Part shown: positions 1-11,602 of the stretch, piece by piece
Layout of the letters: each line of letters starts with the position of its first letter
Numbering within the stretch: position 1 is the first letter of the stretch
Assembly (NCBI RefSeq): GCF_963921235.1
Contig: NC_086097.1
Span: 136,402,001-136,466,000, forward strand
Direction: 5' to 3'
Length of the DNA stretch: 64,000 nucleotides
Source: Mobula hypostoma
Taxonomy: Eukaryota
Notes under the pieces: model-generated
Seen by the model: the letters and a program-made list of their open reading frames with translations, nothing else
What the model was told of the DNA's origin: nothing
Database searches by the model: none
Made by a program: the position numbers and the translations under genes

Positions 1-247
1 GCTGTTTTTAAGGAGTTTGTATGTTCTCATGGGTTTCCCCTGAGTGCGCTGGTTTCCTCCCAAATTCCAGACACATATGGTTCCGGTTAATGAGTTGTAG
101 ACATGCTATGTTGGCACTGAAACCATGGTGACACTTGCAGACTGCCCAACTCAGTCCTCGCTGATTTGATTTGATGCTATTGCATTTCACCGTGCGTTTT
201 AATGTTTCAATGTGCATGTGACAAATAAAGATAATATTAAATCTTTA
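1..247 (+). mobile_element. V-domain-type tRNA SINE, 3' part (truncated by window start)
   Basis: GGAGTTTGTATGTTCTC..GGGTTTCCCCTGAGTGCGCTGGTTTCCTCCCA central domain, repeated many times in the window; AATAAA followed by an AATCT-like tail. Confidence 0.65.
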
Positions 248-2862
248 ACCCAATCTGCCTGAACATAGTGCATATCCCTTTGTTCTGCACATACTTCAGT
301 GTCTATCGAGGAACCTGCAGTCTTTAGAGACTATTAATTTTGGCCAGCAGCCTGTTACTTAGTTATAATTCAAAACTCATTAGATTTGGTCATTAATCAG
401 CTGCAAACCTATCATAGTGTTAGACAGAAGTACAAAATCCTATTTGTCCAATTTGGAATATAGAACATACAGGACAAGAACAGACCTGTTGGTCCATGAT
501 GTCCACACTGAACATGATACCAAACCAACTTAAATCCTTTCTGCCCGTAAATAATTAATATCCCTCGATTCCCTGCATATCTGTGTGTCCAACAGCCTCT
601 TAAACACCGCTATCGTACCTGCTGAATTGTTGTCTGTTAATGTAGCATCAATGGCACATCTCGCCCTTGTGATGAAATATCACTGAGCTGAGATTCCTTT
701 CACTCTCCACAGTGGGGACAACACATTTGGTGCGGCTGACAGAGTGAGTGACACACAGCTCCAGTGAGCTCGTTGGAAACTAATGAGCCAATGTGAATTG
801 TCCCCTGTGTGCAGGTAAATAGTAGAATCAGGGGGATATTGAGGGGAATGTGGGGAGAATAAGACAGGATTACTGTAGGATGTTTTCTCTTATTAGTGTA
901 GGATTGGTGTAAATATGTAGTTCATGGTCAGCGGGCCAAAGTCCCTACCATTTGGCTTTATGAACTCTCCGAAGATGCTGTCTGGCCTGCCCAGTTCAAG
1001 TTCTACTTTACCAAGGTATAAATGCTATGAAAATGAGGTGTTTACAGCAGCAGCACAGTACATTAAAAACATGTTAAATTCCAATTATGTAAACTTAAAT
1101 TAGCATAAATTATTCATAATTTACACAACATGATAAACAAAAATAAACATTGATGTCAGAGCAAGTGAAGGGGACAGGAATCTGAGGTAGAATTAGGGTG
1201 TTTTCATGTTGGTTCAAGAACCAGATGGAAGCTGTGGTTGAACCTTGAGGAGTGGGCCTTCAGGTTCCTGCATGTCATGCCTGCTGACAGCATCGAGAAG
1301 AGGGCATGGGTCAGATGGGGGTCCTTAATGATGGATGTTATCTTCCTCAGTGATCACCCCTTAGAGATGTTTTCAATTGTAGGGGAGAGCTGGTCAAGTA
1401 CATCCCATGTTATCTGGTTTTATTACAGGCTGGATTTGGTTGGCCTTTCACCAGGTGATGTCTCTGCATCTGAAGACACACAGTTTGTGTTGGAAATGAG
1501 AGTTGTGTTCATAATTCTGATTCCTGGGAAGAGAAAATGCTCCCTTGAAGGGAGACAGAGTAGGCAAGGCCCATGCTCACTGAGAATTTAAGAACAAGAG
1601 GTAATCTTTTCGCATTGCTGGTTTCTACAAGGACAGGGCATTTGGAGAGGTCTCAGGAGAAGGAGTTGGCCAGACAGGACAGAAATAAGGGTGGATTTCT
1701 TCTCTTGGATCCTTACTGTAGCTCAGCAGGCTGGATATAATTGATCAATTATTGTGTGCTGCTGACAACACAAGGCATCAGCACACAGTCTCCAAAGTCC
1801 AAAGAATAAATTTGAAAGATTGGGTCCTATTTAGGGTTGTGAAGACAAGGTCAAATTCATGATTATGAACTGCAGCTTCTAACTCATGCTGCCTGGATTG
1901 GAGAAGATCTGGGGAGAGGTTGGAACGTTTGGGCTTGTTTACCCTGGACTGGAGGGAGCTGAACAGCAACCTAAGGCTGGCATGTGAAATTATAAGAGAC
2001 ATGGATAGGGTAGGTCATCAGAATCATTTTTTCCAAGGTAGGGGTTACAAAACCTAATAGCTTTAAGTGAAAGTCAAGTTTTTATCATATACACAAATAC
2101 ATATATGCATAGGGACAATGAAAAATTTATTGCACATAGAATTATGGAAACACCGTTCACAAGAAAAAGATAAATTAAGCATAAATTGTACACAAAGAAA
2201 GAACGGAATGAGAACCAAGTCCATTTTAGTGCAAAGTGATCAAAGAGGTCATAGTGTTTCTAAACTCTAGTGATTAGGTTTGGGCTGGTTGGTTCAAGAA
2301 CCAAATGGATGAAGGTATGTCGCTGATTTTGAACTTGGTGCTGTGGGACTTCAGGCTTCCATACCTTCTGCCCGATGGTGGCTGCTAGAAGATGGCATCA
2401 CCCTGACGATGGGAAGATGGATTATACATTGATGAAAGAGGTAGCAAAGAATATAAAAGGGGATTTGAGGGGAAAATGTCTTTACAGAGTGATTGATATC
2501 CGGAACTCATGGCCTGAGAAAGTGGTGGAATCAGATACATTCGCTATACAAAGAAACTTAAATAGATAAGGCACAGGAGGATGCAGTCCTAATGCGGGCA
2601 GATGGGATTAATGAAGATGGACAAAAGGGTTGACATTGAGATGACATGCTGAAGGGCCTGTTTGGGTGCCGTATGACTCTATGTTCAGACAGGTGAACTG
2701 AATTTCGGTGTCTGTGGAACCAAGGGTTATAGAGAACCAAATGGAGAATGGAAGTGAGGCCAGGATCAGGTCAGTCATGATCTCATCGAATGGTGGAGCA
2801 GAAGTAAGGGGCCGAATGGCCTACTTCCACTTTTAATCTTTCTGTTTTGCACAATTCAGTTT

Positions 2863-4497
2863 CATAGAACAGTACAGTATAGGAACAGCTCACAATATTG
2901 TGCCAGACCAATTAAATTAATAATCCAATATCCAGCTGAACTAATCCCCTCTACTTGCACAATATCTATATCCTTCCACTCATGAGCTTATCCAAATGTC
3001 TCTTCAAAGTCCCTCTACCATCCCACCCTGGGTGGTAGAGGTGGTATCTGCCGCTACCACTACCTCAGGCAGCACATTCTAAGCACCCACCGCTCTCTGC
3101 ATAAAAAAAATTTGCCCCTCGTAGCTCCTTTGAAATTATCACCTCTCACCTTATATGCATGCCCTGAGTATTAGACATTGAAATTCTGGAAAAAGGATGC
3201 TGTCTGTTTACTCTATCTATGCCTCTCATAAACTTATAAACCTGTATCAGATCTCCCCCTTCACTACTCCAGAGAAATCCACCCAAATCTGTCCATCCTC
3301 TCATTTAGCACATGCCCTCTAATCTAGGCAACATCTCTTTGGCAGTATCTCCAAAGCCTCAACATCTTTCCTATAATGCGGCAATCAGAACTCAACGCAA
3401 TGCTCCAGATGTGGCCTAACTAGAGTTTGGTGAAACTACAACATTACTTCCTGACTTTTAAACTCACTGCCTGAACTATAAAGAGAAGCTTATTGTAAGC
3501 CTTCTTAACCACCCTATCAACTTGTGTAGCCACTTTCAGGGAACTATGAACTTGGAACCTAAGATCTCTCTGCTTAAGAGACTTGCCCTTAAGAATGGAC
3601 TATCTCCTTACATTTGACCTTCTGTGACACAACACCTCACATTTACCTGGGTTAAACTCCATCTGCCATTTCTCTGTCCATCCCTGCAACTGATCTGTAT
3701 TCTGCCCTATTCTTTGCCAGTCTTTTACATTATACAACATCAATGATCTTCATATCATCTGCAAACTTGCTAACCTACCAATCTACATTTTAATCTGGGT
3801 CATTTATATACATCACAAACAGCAGGGGTCCCAGTACAGATCCCTGTCACAGACCTCGAGCTAGAATAAGTCCCTTCTGTCTTCTATGGCAAGCCAGTTC
3901 TGAATCTAAATGACCAATACACCATGGATTACATCCTTCTAAATGAGTCTCCCATGAGGGATCTTGTCAAAAGCCTTACTAAAATCCGTGTAGACAACAT
4001 ACACAGTTCTACCTCTATCAATCACCCTTATCATCTTGTCAAAAAACTGAATCAAGTTAGTAAGAAAAGACTTGCCCCACACAAAGCCATGCTGGCTCCC
4101 CCTAATTAAACTATGGTTTTTCAAATGCTCAGAAATCTTATCCCCAAGAATTCTCTCCAGTAACTTCTCTACCAATGACATGGAACTCATCAATCTATAT
4201 TTTCCAGGATTACCCCTGGTTCCCTTCTTGAACAATTCAGCAACATTTGCTACTCGCTGCTCCTCTGGGATCTCATCTGGGGCTAGAGAGGACATGAATA
4301 TATCGATCGAAGTTCCAGCAATCTCATTTCTTGTCATGCTCAATAACATGGGGTATATATCCCATCAGGCCCTGGGAAAACTGACCTTAATGTTCTTTAA
4401 GAGACCCAACATAACGTCCTCCTTTACCTCAAAATGCCCCAATATACCAATACGCTCAACACTGATCTCTCTATCCTCCACGTCCTTCTCCTTGGTA
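2863..4497 (-). mobile_element. CR1 LINE, 5'-truncated ORF2 (RT) to 3' tail, degenerate
   Basis: ORF 3939-4349 contains ANVAELFKKG..PGKYRL..SQHGF..FLTNLIQFF..VYTDFSKAFDKIPH, typical CR1 RT; TGTACTGTTCTATG tail at the left end. Confidence 0.9.
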
Positions 4498-4639
4498 CAT
4501 GGCTGGAAAGATTTAGAAAAGTTATGGGTCAAATTCAGGCAAATGAGACTAGCTAGAATAAGACATTTTAGTCAGCGTAGATCTGTTGGGCCAGAGGGCC
4601 TGTTTCTGTGCTGTATCACTCCATGAACTGTGCTTATCT

Positions 4640-4960
4640 CAAGACATCATTAAACTGGAAAAAGTGCAAATAAGATATAGGAGAACTATACCAGGATTCA
4701 AGGGTCTGAACTACAGGGAGAGGTTGAGCAGGCTCGGCCTTATAAATGGGACTGGCTTATATAGGTACCTTGGTTGGCATGGATGAGTTAGGCTGAATAG
4801 CCTCTTTCTGTGCTCTATTACTGTAAGACTATATTGTGAAGTGAATGGGGGAACAATTGGAACTAGGTTGGATAAGTATCTTGGGCAGCATGGATGAGTT
4901 GGGCTGAATAGCCTCTTTCTGGGCTGCATTACTGTATGACCATATTGTGGAGTGAATGCA
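4640..4960 (+). mobile_element. CR1 3' remnant with tandemly duplicated tail
   Basis: DIIKLEKVQIRYRRTIPGFKGLNYRERLSRLGL; GCATGGATGAGTT..GGCTGAATAGCCTCTTTCTG occurs twice about 111 bp apart. Confidence 0.75.
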
Positions 4961-6468
4961 CCACGTCAGACGCTGCTTCACTCTGAAATACAGGAGCAAT
5001 TCTTACAATGATGTTCCTTCTCTGGAATTGTGTATCAGATCTGGATAGGACATCAGACTGAAGCAACTGGAGAATGCAAATGAACAATGACCTCAATGGC
5101 CAGCTCTGTTGCTATCACTCAGGTCTGATACTGAAATTCGAATATGCAGGAACGTAAGAAGCTGCTGAGAGCTGTGGCTCAGCCCAATATATCAAGGGCA
5201 CATTCCTCTCCTCAATCAGTAGCAACTACAGGAGGCACTCCCTCAAGAAGATAACAACATCCATCAGCAAAGATCCCCATCATCCAGGCCAAGCCACCTT
5301 GCAGCTCATGCAGGAGGTATAGAAAACTGAAGTCCCACCTCAGTAGATTCAAAAGCACCTACTTCCCTTCAACCATTCCGTTCTTGAATCAACTGGTATA
5401 ATCCTAATTACTACCTCTGTATAGCAACACATGACCAATTTGCCTAGTTGGGACTACAATTGGCTTTTGTTCTAATTGTCTTTTTGTGTGATAGTGTGTA
5501 ATTTATGTTGTGAATGTCATGTCTCTAATGCTAGGGGCCTGCAATGCTGCTGCAAGTAATATTTTCATTGCACTTGGACATATGGCAATGAACTCAAAGT
5601 CTTGAATTCCTCTCTCTCTTGCTCGTGACATCAAGACCGTTCACTTCAGTGGAAGTGGAACTGACTCGCTCGATAATCATGTGAAATTAACAGAGTTGAA
5701 AGCGGAGATTTACCCTTGCATTCATGCTGCTTTTTATGCTTACTTAAGCCCAATAGTTGGTCATTTTTCACCTAATAGATTGTTCTTTTAAGAATGAAAC
5801 CAATGTGAAAATCTGTCATATTTCTAGACTGATCTCTGGGAGCAGGAAGGCAGGGTTGATGTACTTCCAAACACAACTTGGTTGTACAAATTTACTCTGC
5901 AAATTTAATTAGCTTCCGGATTAGCAAATTTCAAGCGTAATGAGAAACAGCAGGAATGCTCTACCCTATGTCACAATCTCTGAGTATCTTGGACACCCAG
6001 GCATCCTTTTTTTCCTGTTGGTCTGAGGATTGTGTAGTGTTTCCAAGTAACATTGAGAGAACAAGCCAAAAACAAAGGGAAATATCTTGTCACTTAAAAC
6101 TCTACTTCCACACTACTCTTGAAGGAGAAAAGAACAAGGGTCTCTCTCGCTCGTTCTCTCTGCTTTCACTTTCATTCTTATTCTCTCTAACATTAACAAA
6201 ACAGAATTACCTTGATTCCATGCCAAGGGAAATGGGCTATTCAGCCCCTCTGCTCTCTATCAGTGTTTCTTCTCCACACCAGTTGCCTCTAGTTGAAGAC
6301 TATGCATGGGGAACAGTGGAGCAGAGCCACACTTTCAAAGGGCACGGCCGTACCACTGAAGTTATGAACTGTGATGGAATGCCCTTCCATTTTGAAAGGG
6401 AAGCTTCTAGATCTTATCCCAGGCATAGAAATGGTTAAGGACAGTAAAAGAGGCTCTTTAAATGCAAA

Positions 6469-6707
6469 CACGAGAAAATCTGCAGATGCTGGAAATTCAA
6501 GCATCGCACACAAAATTGCTGGCGAACGCAGCAGGCCAGGCAGCATCTATAGGAAGAAGTACAGTCAACGTTTCGGGCCGAGACCCTTCGTCAGGACTAA
6601 CGCCAGGATCAGTTCTGACGAAGGGTCTCGGCCCGAAACGTCGACTGTACTTCTTGCTATAGATGCTGCCTGGCCTGCTGTGTTCCACCAGCGTTTTGTG
6701 TGTGCTA
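6469..6707. mobile_element. Inverted pair of Penelope-derived terminal repeats, each with a minimal hammerhead ribozyme motif
   Basis: Arms ~6507-6599 and ~6610-6706 are near-perfect reverse complements; CTGACGA-AGGGTCTCGGCCC-GAAACG on each strand; 12-bp direct repeat TTTAAATGCAAA at 6457-6468 and 6708-6719. Confidence 0.88.
6611..6645 (+). ncRNA. Minimal type I hammerhead ribozyme motif (Penelope-associated)
   Basis: AGTT-CTGACGA-A-GGGTC TCG GCCC-GAAA-CGTC-GACT: CUGANGA and GAAA cores, stem II, palindromic short stem III, GUC cleavage triplet. Confidence 0.8.
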
Positions 6708-7324
6708 TTTAAATGCAAATCTTTTTTCTTCTATATGCAGGTCATAAGAGTAAGATGCCTCAGACTTTACACAAAATGTTATTGATTTGCCAGGGATTGG
6801 AAAATGTCCAGCCAGATTGGAAGGAATGAGGGGGCGAGGCTGAAGAAGATTTGTCACAAGCCTTCAAACATAGCCTCTCTATCACCCAGTATGTGCTGAG
6901 TTTGTCAGACCAAGATCTGGAAAACAGAACTGACAAGGATATCAGTAACACTCCTTCGCCCTACAGCTTTCCCAGCCCTTGGAAAGTGCCTCAAGATGTT
7001 CCTCAACATCAAAGATGCTCTACAAGTGTTACTTTGTTATAATTGAATAATGCAGCAACTGTGATCCTAAAAAATTGCTTTGGAGCCAAGTTTAGAAGTC
7101 TGTTCCTAAGATATGATTACTTTGTGAACTCTGAGCAGAATTCACAGGGAGAATATCAAACTAGCTTTCATTTCTATTTTTCAGCAAATTAAACAATAGA
7201 TATAATTAATTGGAAACATAAGCAAGAAAGCAGTCGATAGTTAAAGGTAGTGCTACACTCTCAATGGAGAGTAGTGCAGTAAGGAAAGACACTAGTGGAG
7301 AAACACACTACAGAAAATTGGATG

Positions 7325-7972
7325 GTGATAGATGCGCAGTAGAGAGCATCCTGACTGGTAGCATCACCACCAGGTATGGAAACATTAATGCCCTTGAATG
7401 GAAAATCCTACAGAAAGAGGTGGATATGGCCCAGTCAATCACAGGTAAAGCTCTCCCCGCCATTGAGCACATCTACACAGATGCTGTCACAGGAAAGAAT
7501 CATCTATCATATGCACCCCCTGCCCCACCAACACCCAGGTCATGCTCTCTTCTCACTGCTGCCATCAGGAAGAAGGTACAGGAGCTTCAGGACTCACACC
7601 ACCAGGTTCAGGAACAGTTACTACCCCTCAACCATCAGGCACTTGAACCGAAGGGGATAATGTCACTCAACTTCGCTTACCCCAAAACTGAAATGCTCCC
7701 ACAACCTATGGACTCACATTCAAGAACTCCTCATCTCATGCTCTCAATACTTACTGCTTACTTATTTTTTATTATAATTATTATTTCTTGTTTTTATTTC
7801 TTTCTGTATTTGCACTATTTGTTGCCTTTTGCACACTGGTTGTCCGCCCAGTCGGTGCAGTCTTTCATTAATCCTATTATAGTTATGGTATTTATTAAGT
7901 AGGTCTGCAAGGAAATGAACCTCAGGGATGTACGCCGTATGTACACTGATAATAAATTTACTTTGAGCTTTG
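7325..7972 (+). mobile_element. Rex1/Babar-like LINE 3' end, degenerate
   Basis: RCAVESILTGSITTRYG.. and HPGHALFSLLPSGRRYRSFRTHTTRFRNSYYPSTIRHLN; AATAAA plus TTTGA-repeat tail. Confidence 0.8.
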
Positions 7973-8367
7973 AATGGAGGCTCCAATGTACAAGATCAAA
8001 AGTAGCTGCAGATGGTTGTAGACCCAACCAGCTCCGTCGTGTGCACGTGCTTCAACATTGAGGACATCTTCAAAAGGCATCGTGAAGGTAGAAGCCATCA
8101 TTGAGCACCCTCGCCATCCCGGAGGTGCCCTCTTCTCATTGCAACCAACACAGAGGAGGTAGGGTAGCTTGAGGACATGCAGTCAACATTTCAGGAGCAG
8201 CTTCTTCCCCTTTGTCATTCGATTTCTGACCAGTCCCTGAGCTCAAAAACAAGACTTCTTTGCATTATTAATTTATATTTTTTATTGAAATAGAGTAATC
8301 TTTTTGTACTGTACCATTGTCTCAAAACAACAAATTTCACGGCATATAGTGTCTATAAAGAGTATTC

Positions 8368-9255
8368 TTCCCTTCCTCCACCATCAACACTGCCTTTAAC
8401 AGCATCTCTTCCATTTCACACACGTCTGCTCTCACCCCATCCTCCCGCCACCCTACCAGGGATAGGGTTCCTCTTGTCCTCACCTACCACCCCACCAGCC
8501 TCCGCATCCAGCACATAATTCTCCAAAACTTCCGCCCCCTCTAACAAGATCCCACCACCAAGTACATCTTTCCCTCCCCCACCCCAATTTCTGCCCTCTG
8601 CAGGGTTCACTCCCTACAGGACTCCCTTGTCCTTTTGTCCCTCCCCACTGATCTCCCTTCTGGCACTCATCCTTGCAAGCGGAACAAGTGCTACACCTGC
8701 CCCATTTTACTTCCACTTCCCATTCCCATTCCGATATGTCCATCCATGGCTTCCTCCATTGTCATGATGAGGCCACACTTAGGTTGGAGGAACAACACTT
8801 TATATTTTGTTTGTGTAGCCTCCAACCTGATGTCATGAACGTTGATTACTCAAGCATCCAGTAGTGCCCCCCCCAACAGCCCACCCTTCTCCATTCCCCA
8901 TCCCCTTTCCCCCCCTCACCTTATCTGCTTGCCCACCCATCACCTCCTTCTGATGCTCCTTCTCCATTTTTCTTTCTTCCTTGGCCTTCTGTCTCTTTCA
9001 CCAATCGATTCCCAGCTCCTTACTTCATCCCTCCCCCTCCAGGGTGCATACAACAACTGGTGGTTCTCTCTCTCTCTCCCCTCCCCCCACCTTTTAAATC
9101 TACTCCTCAGCTGTTTTCCTCCAGTCCTACCAAAGGATTTTGGCCCGAAACATTGACTGTACTTTTTTCCATAGATGCTGCCTGGCCTGTTGAGTTTCTC
9201 CGGCATTTTGTGTTTGTTGCTCGGATTTCCAGCATCTGCAGATTTTCTCTTGTTT
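8368..9255 (+). mobile_element. Penelope-like element 3' fragment with internal deletion, inserted in the left TIR of the Tc1
   Basis: DRVPLVLTYHPTSLRIQHII, GTHPCKRNKCYTCP, HFTSTSHSHSDMSIHG..RLEEQHFIF..LQPDVMN (linker and GIY-YIG domain C-terminus); pyrimidine-rich UTR, degenerate hammerhead ~9123-9158, GCATCTGCAGATTTTCTC end. Confidence 0.87.
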
Positions 9256-10309
9256 GTTCACCCCCCCCTTGGAAGTTTTCATGTTTTATTTTTTAAGACA
9301 TTGAATGACGGTGGATTTAATGTGGCTTCTTTCGACACTGATCAACAAAAAAAAATTTGTGGCAAAGTAAAAACAGATCTCTACAAGGCGATCTAAATTA
9401 AATACAAATATAAAACACAAAACAATTGATTGCTTATGTATTTACCCGTTCAAGTCAGTATTTAGTAGATGCACCTTTGGCAACAATTACAGCATTGAGT
9501 CTGTGTAGAAAGGCCTCTGTCAGCTTTGCATACCTGAACACTGCAATTTTTCTCCATTCTTCTTTACAAAACTGCTCAAGCTCTGTCATGGGGATCGTGA
9601 GTGAACAGCCCTTATCAAGTCCAGCCACAAATTCTCAGATGGTTTGAGGTCTGGACTCTGACCTGTCCACTCTAGGACATTAACTTTGTCGTTTTTAAGC
9701 CATTCCTGTGTAGCTTTGGCTTTATGCTTGAGGTCATTCTCTTGCTGTAAAGCAAATCTTCTCCCAAGTTGGAATTCTCTTGCAGACTACATCAGGTTTT
9801 CCTCCAGGATTTCCCTGTACTTTGCTGAATTCATTTTACCCTCTACCTTCACAAGCCTTCCAGGGCCTGCTGCAGTGAAGCATCCCCACAGCATGATGCA
9901 GCCATCACCATGCTTCATGATAGGGACGGTGCATTTCTGATGATGTGTGGTGTTTGGCTTACACCAAACATAGCATTTAGTCTGATGGTCAAAAAGCTCA
10001 ATTTCGGTTTCATCAAACCATAGAACCTTCTTCCAGCTAACTTCAAAGCTCTCAAATGCCTTCTGGCAATCTCTAACTGAGATTTCATGTAAGATTTTTT
10101 CAACAATGGCTTTCTCTCTGTCATTCTCCCATAAAGCTGTGACTGGTGAAGCACCCAGGCAACAGTTGTTGTCTGCACAGTCTCTCCCATCTCAGCCACT
10201 GAAGCTTGTAACTCCTCCAGAGTTGTCACAGGTCTCTTGGTGACCTCCCTCACTAGTCCCCTTCTTGCTCAGTTTTTGAGGACAGCCTGCTCTAGGCAGA
10301 TTTACAGCT

Positions 10310-11602
10310 CATCATCATAGCTTGTCACACCAGACAGCCAGCCACTCTAGTGTTGTTTGGTTGATGCTGAGCAGGTCAGTGTCAGCTAAATCAGGTGAGA
10401 GTGGGAAATTGCACAGAATGTGTTCAACGTTCTGCATCCTTTCGCCACACTCACAGGATTCGCTGGTCTTTAAACCCCACTTCACCATATTGTCTCCTGT
10501 CCTACAAACTCCCGCTCTCACTCTGTTCAGAGTGCACCACTTCCGTCTGTCAAGCCGTGCCCCGTCTGGCAACATTTCTATGGAGTCTTGCACTGTATTG
10601 TTTGGCGGGGTTCTGGCTTCTGTTTTTTGCCGGAGGTCAATCCTGTATGTTTGGGGGGATGTTCCGTGCGGTAGTTCCTCCGCTGTAGCAAAGCTTTTCC
10701 TCGATTTTAGGCATTTGGAAATTGGCACATGATGATGTAGTGGGTGCTGTGGATCTGAGTTCTGTTTACCTTTTCCAATTTTTGTTGTAGTGTGTCTTCG
10801 GATCTCTGGGGGAGCAATGCCTGCAAGTCTGTAAATGATGTTAGTGGGTGTGGGGTGCAGTGTGCCCGTGATTATTCGGCAGGCTTCGTTAAGCAGCGGG
10901 TCTATTTTCTTGCATGGGCTGATCTGCTCCACACAGGTGCACAGTATCCTGCAGTTGCATAGCAGAATGCTAGGGCAGTTGATCTAAGTGTGTGAGCATT
11001 AGCTCCCCATTTCGTGCCTGCTAATTTTGTCCTGGAGATCTAGGTTAGGTGGCCACATGAATGGTTCATTAGGGGGTTTGTAGACCAAGATGATATTTAC
11101 GTGTTTTGTTTCAACTTTCAGAAGTTCCATTGAGCCAGCTTGGATGTTTGCTGTGATCATTACTCTAGATTTATCTTTAACAAAGATTGCACTTCCATAA
11201 ACGTCGACTGATTGTTTCCACTGATGCTGACTGACCTGCTGAGTTCCTCCAGCATGTTGTGAGTGTTGCTTTGATCCCAGCATCTGCAGATTATTTTGTG
11301 TTTGCACTTCCATAAGTTTGGCTAGGGGTGTCAATAGCCAAGTGCATTCTTGGCACATAGGGTTGGTTGTTCAGCCAATGAGTTTCTTGTATGCACAAGA
11401 TGTCCGCTTTTAAGTTTGCCAGGATTTCTGCTTTACTGTGGCTGAAGCCTTCGATGTTGTGGCTAACGATTTTCATGATTTCCAGTGGGCCGAGGGTTTA
11501 TCCTTTTACCACCCGCTGGATCAATTGGTCTGGCACGTAATGTCAGGTTTGGTCTCCTTTCGGATTAACAGGGTCATGGCGTGAATGTTCCTGACTCGAC
11601 CC
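10310..11602 (-). mobile_element. Vingi/Ingi-like non-LTR element, internally deleted (endonuclease N-terminus fused to C-terminus, no RT)
   Basis: MKIVSHNIEGFS..ADILCIQETH..VYKPP (APE endonuclease) joined at ~11028 to KLAGTKWGANAHTLRSTALA..LNEACRIITGTLHPTP..LAGIAPPEIRR..CECGE..EHIL; (ATG)n tail; 13-bp TSD CAGATTTACAGCT at 10297-10309 and 11603-11615. Confidence 0.82.
11201..11301 (+). mobile_element. Short Penelope-derived terminal fragment inserted in the Vingi-like endonuclease region
   Basis: ACGTCGACTG..CTGCTGAGTTCCTCCAGCA..GCATCTGCAGA; 14-bp TSD TTGCACTTCCATAA at 11187-11200 and 11302-11315. Confidence 0.88.

Noticed and set aside
6204..6829. Two-exon host gene fragment (6204-6433 joined to 6741-6829 in frame)
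   Set aside because: The acceptors look plausible, but the donor (GTTAAG) is weak, the intron would be only ~56 bp without the recent insertion, and no protein similarity is recognisable.
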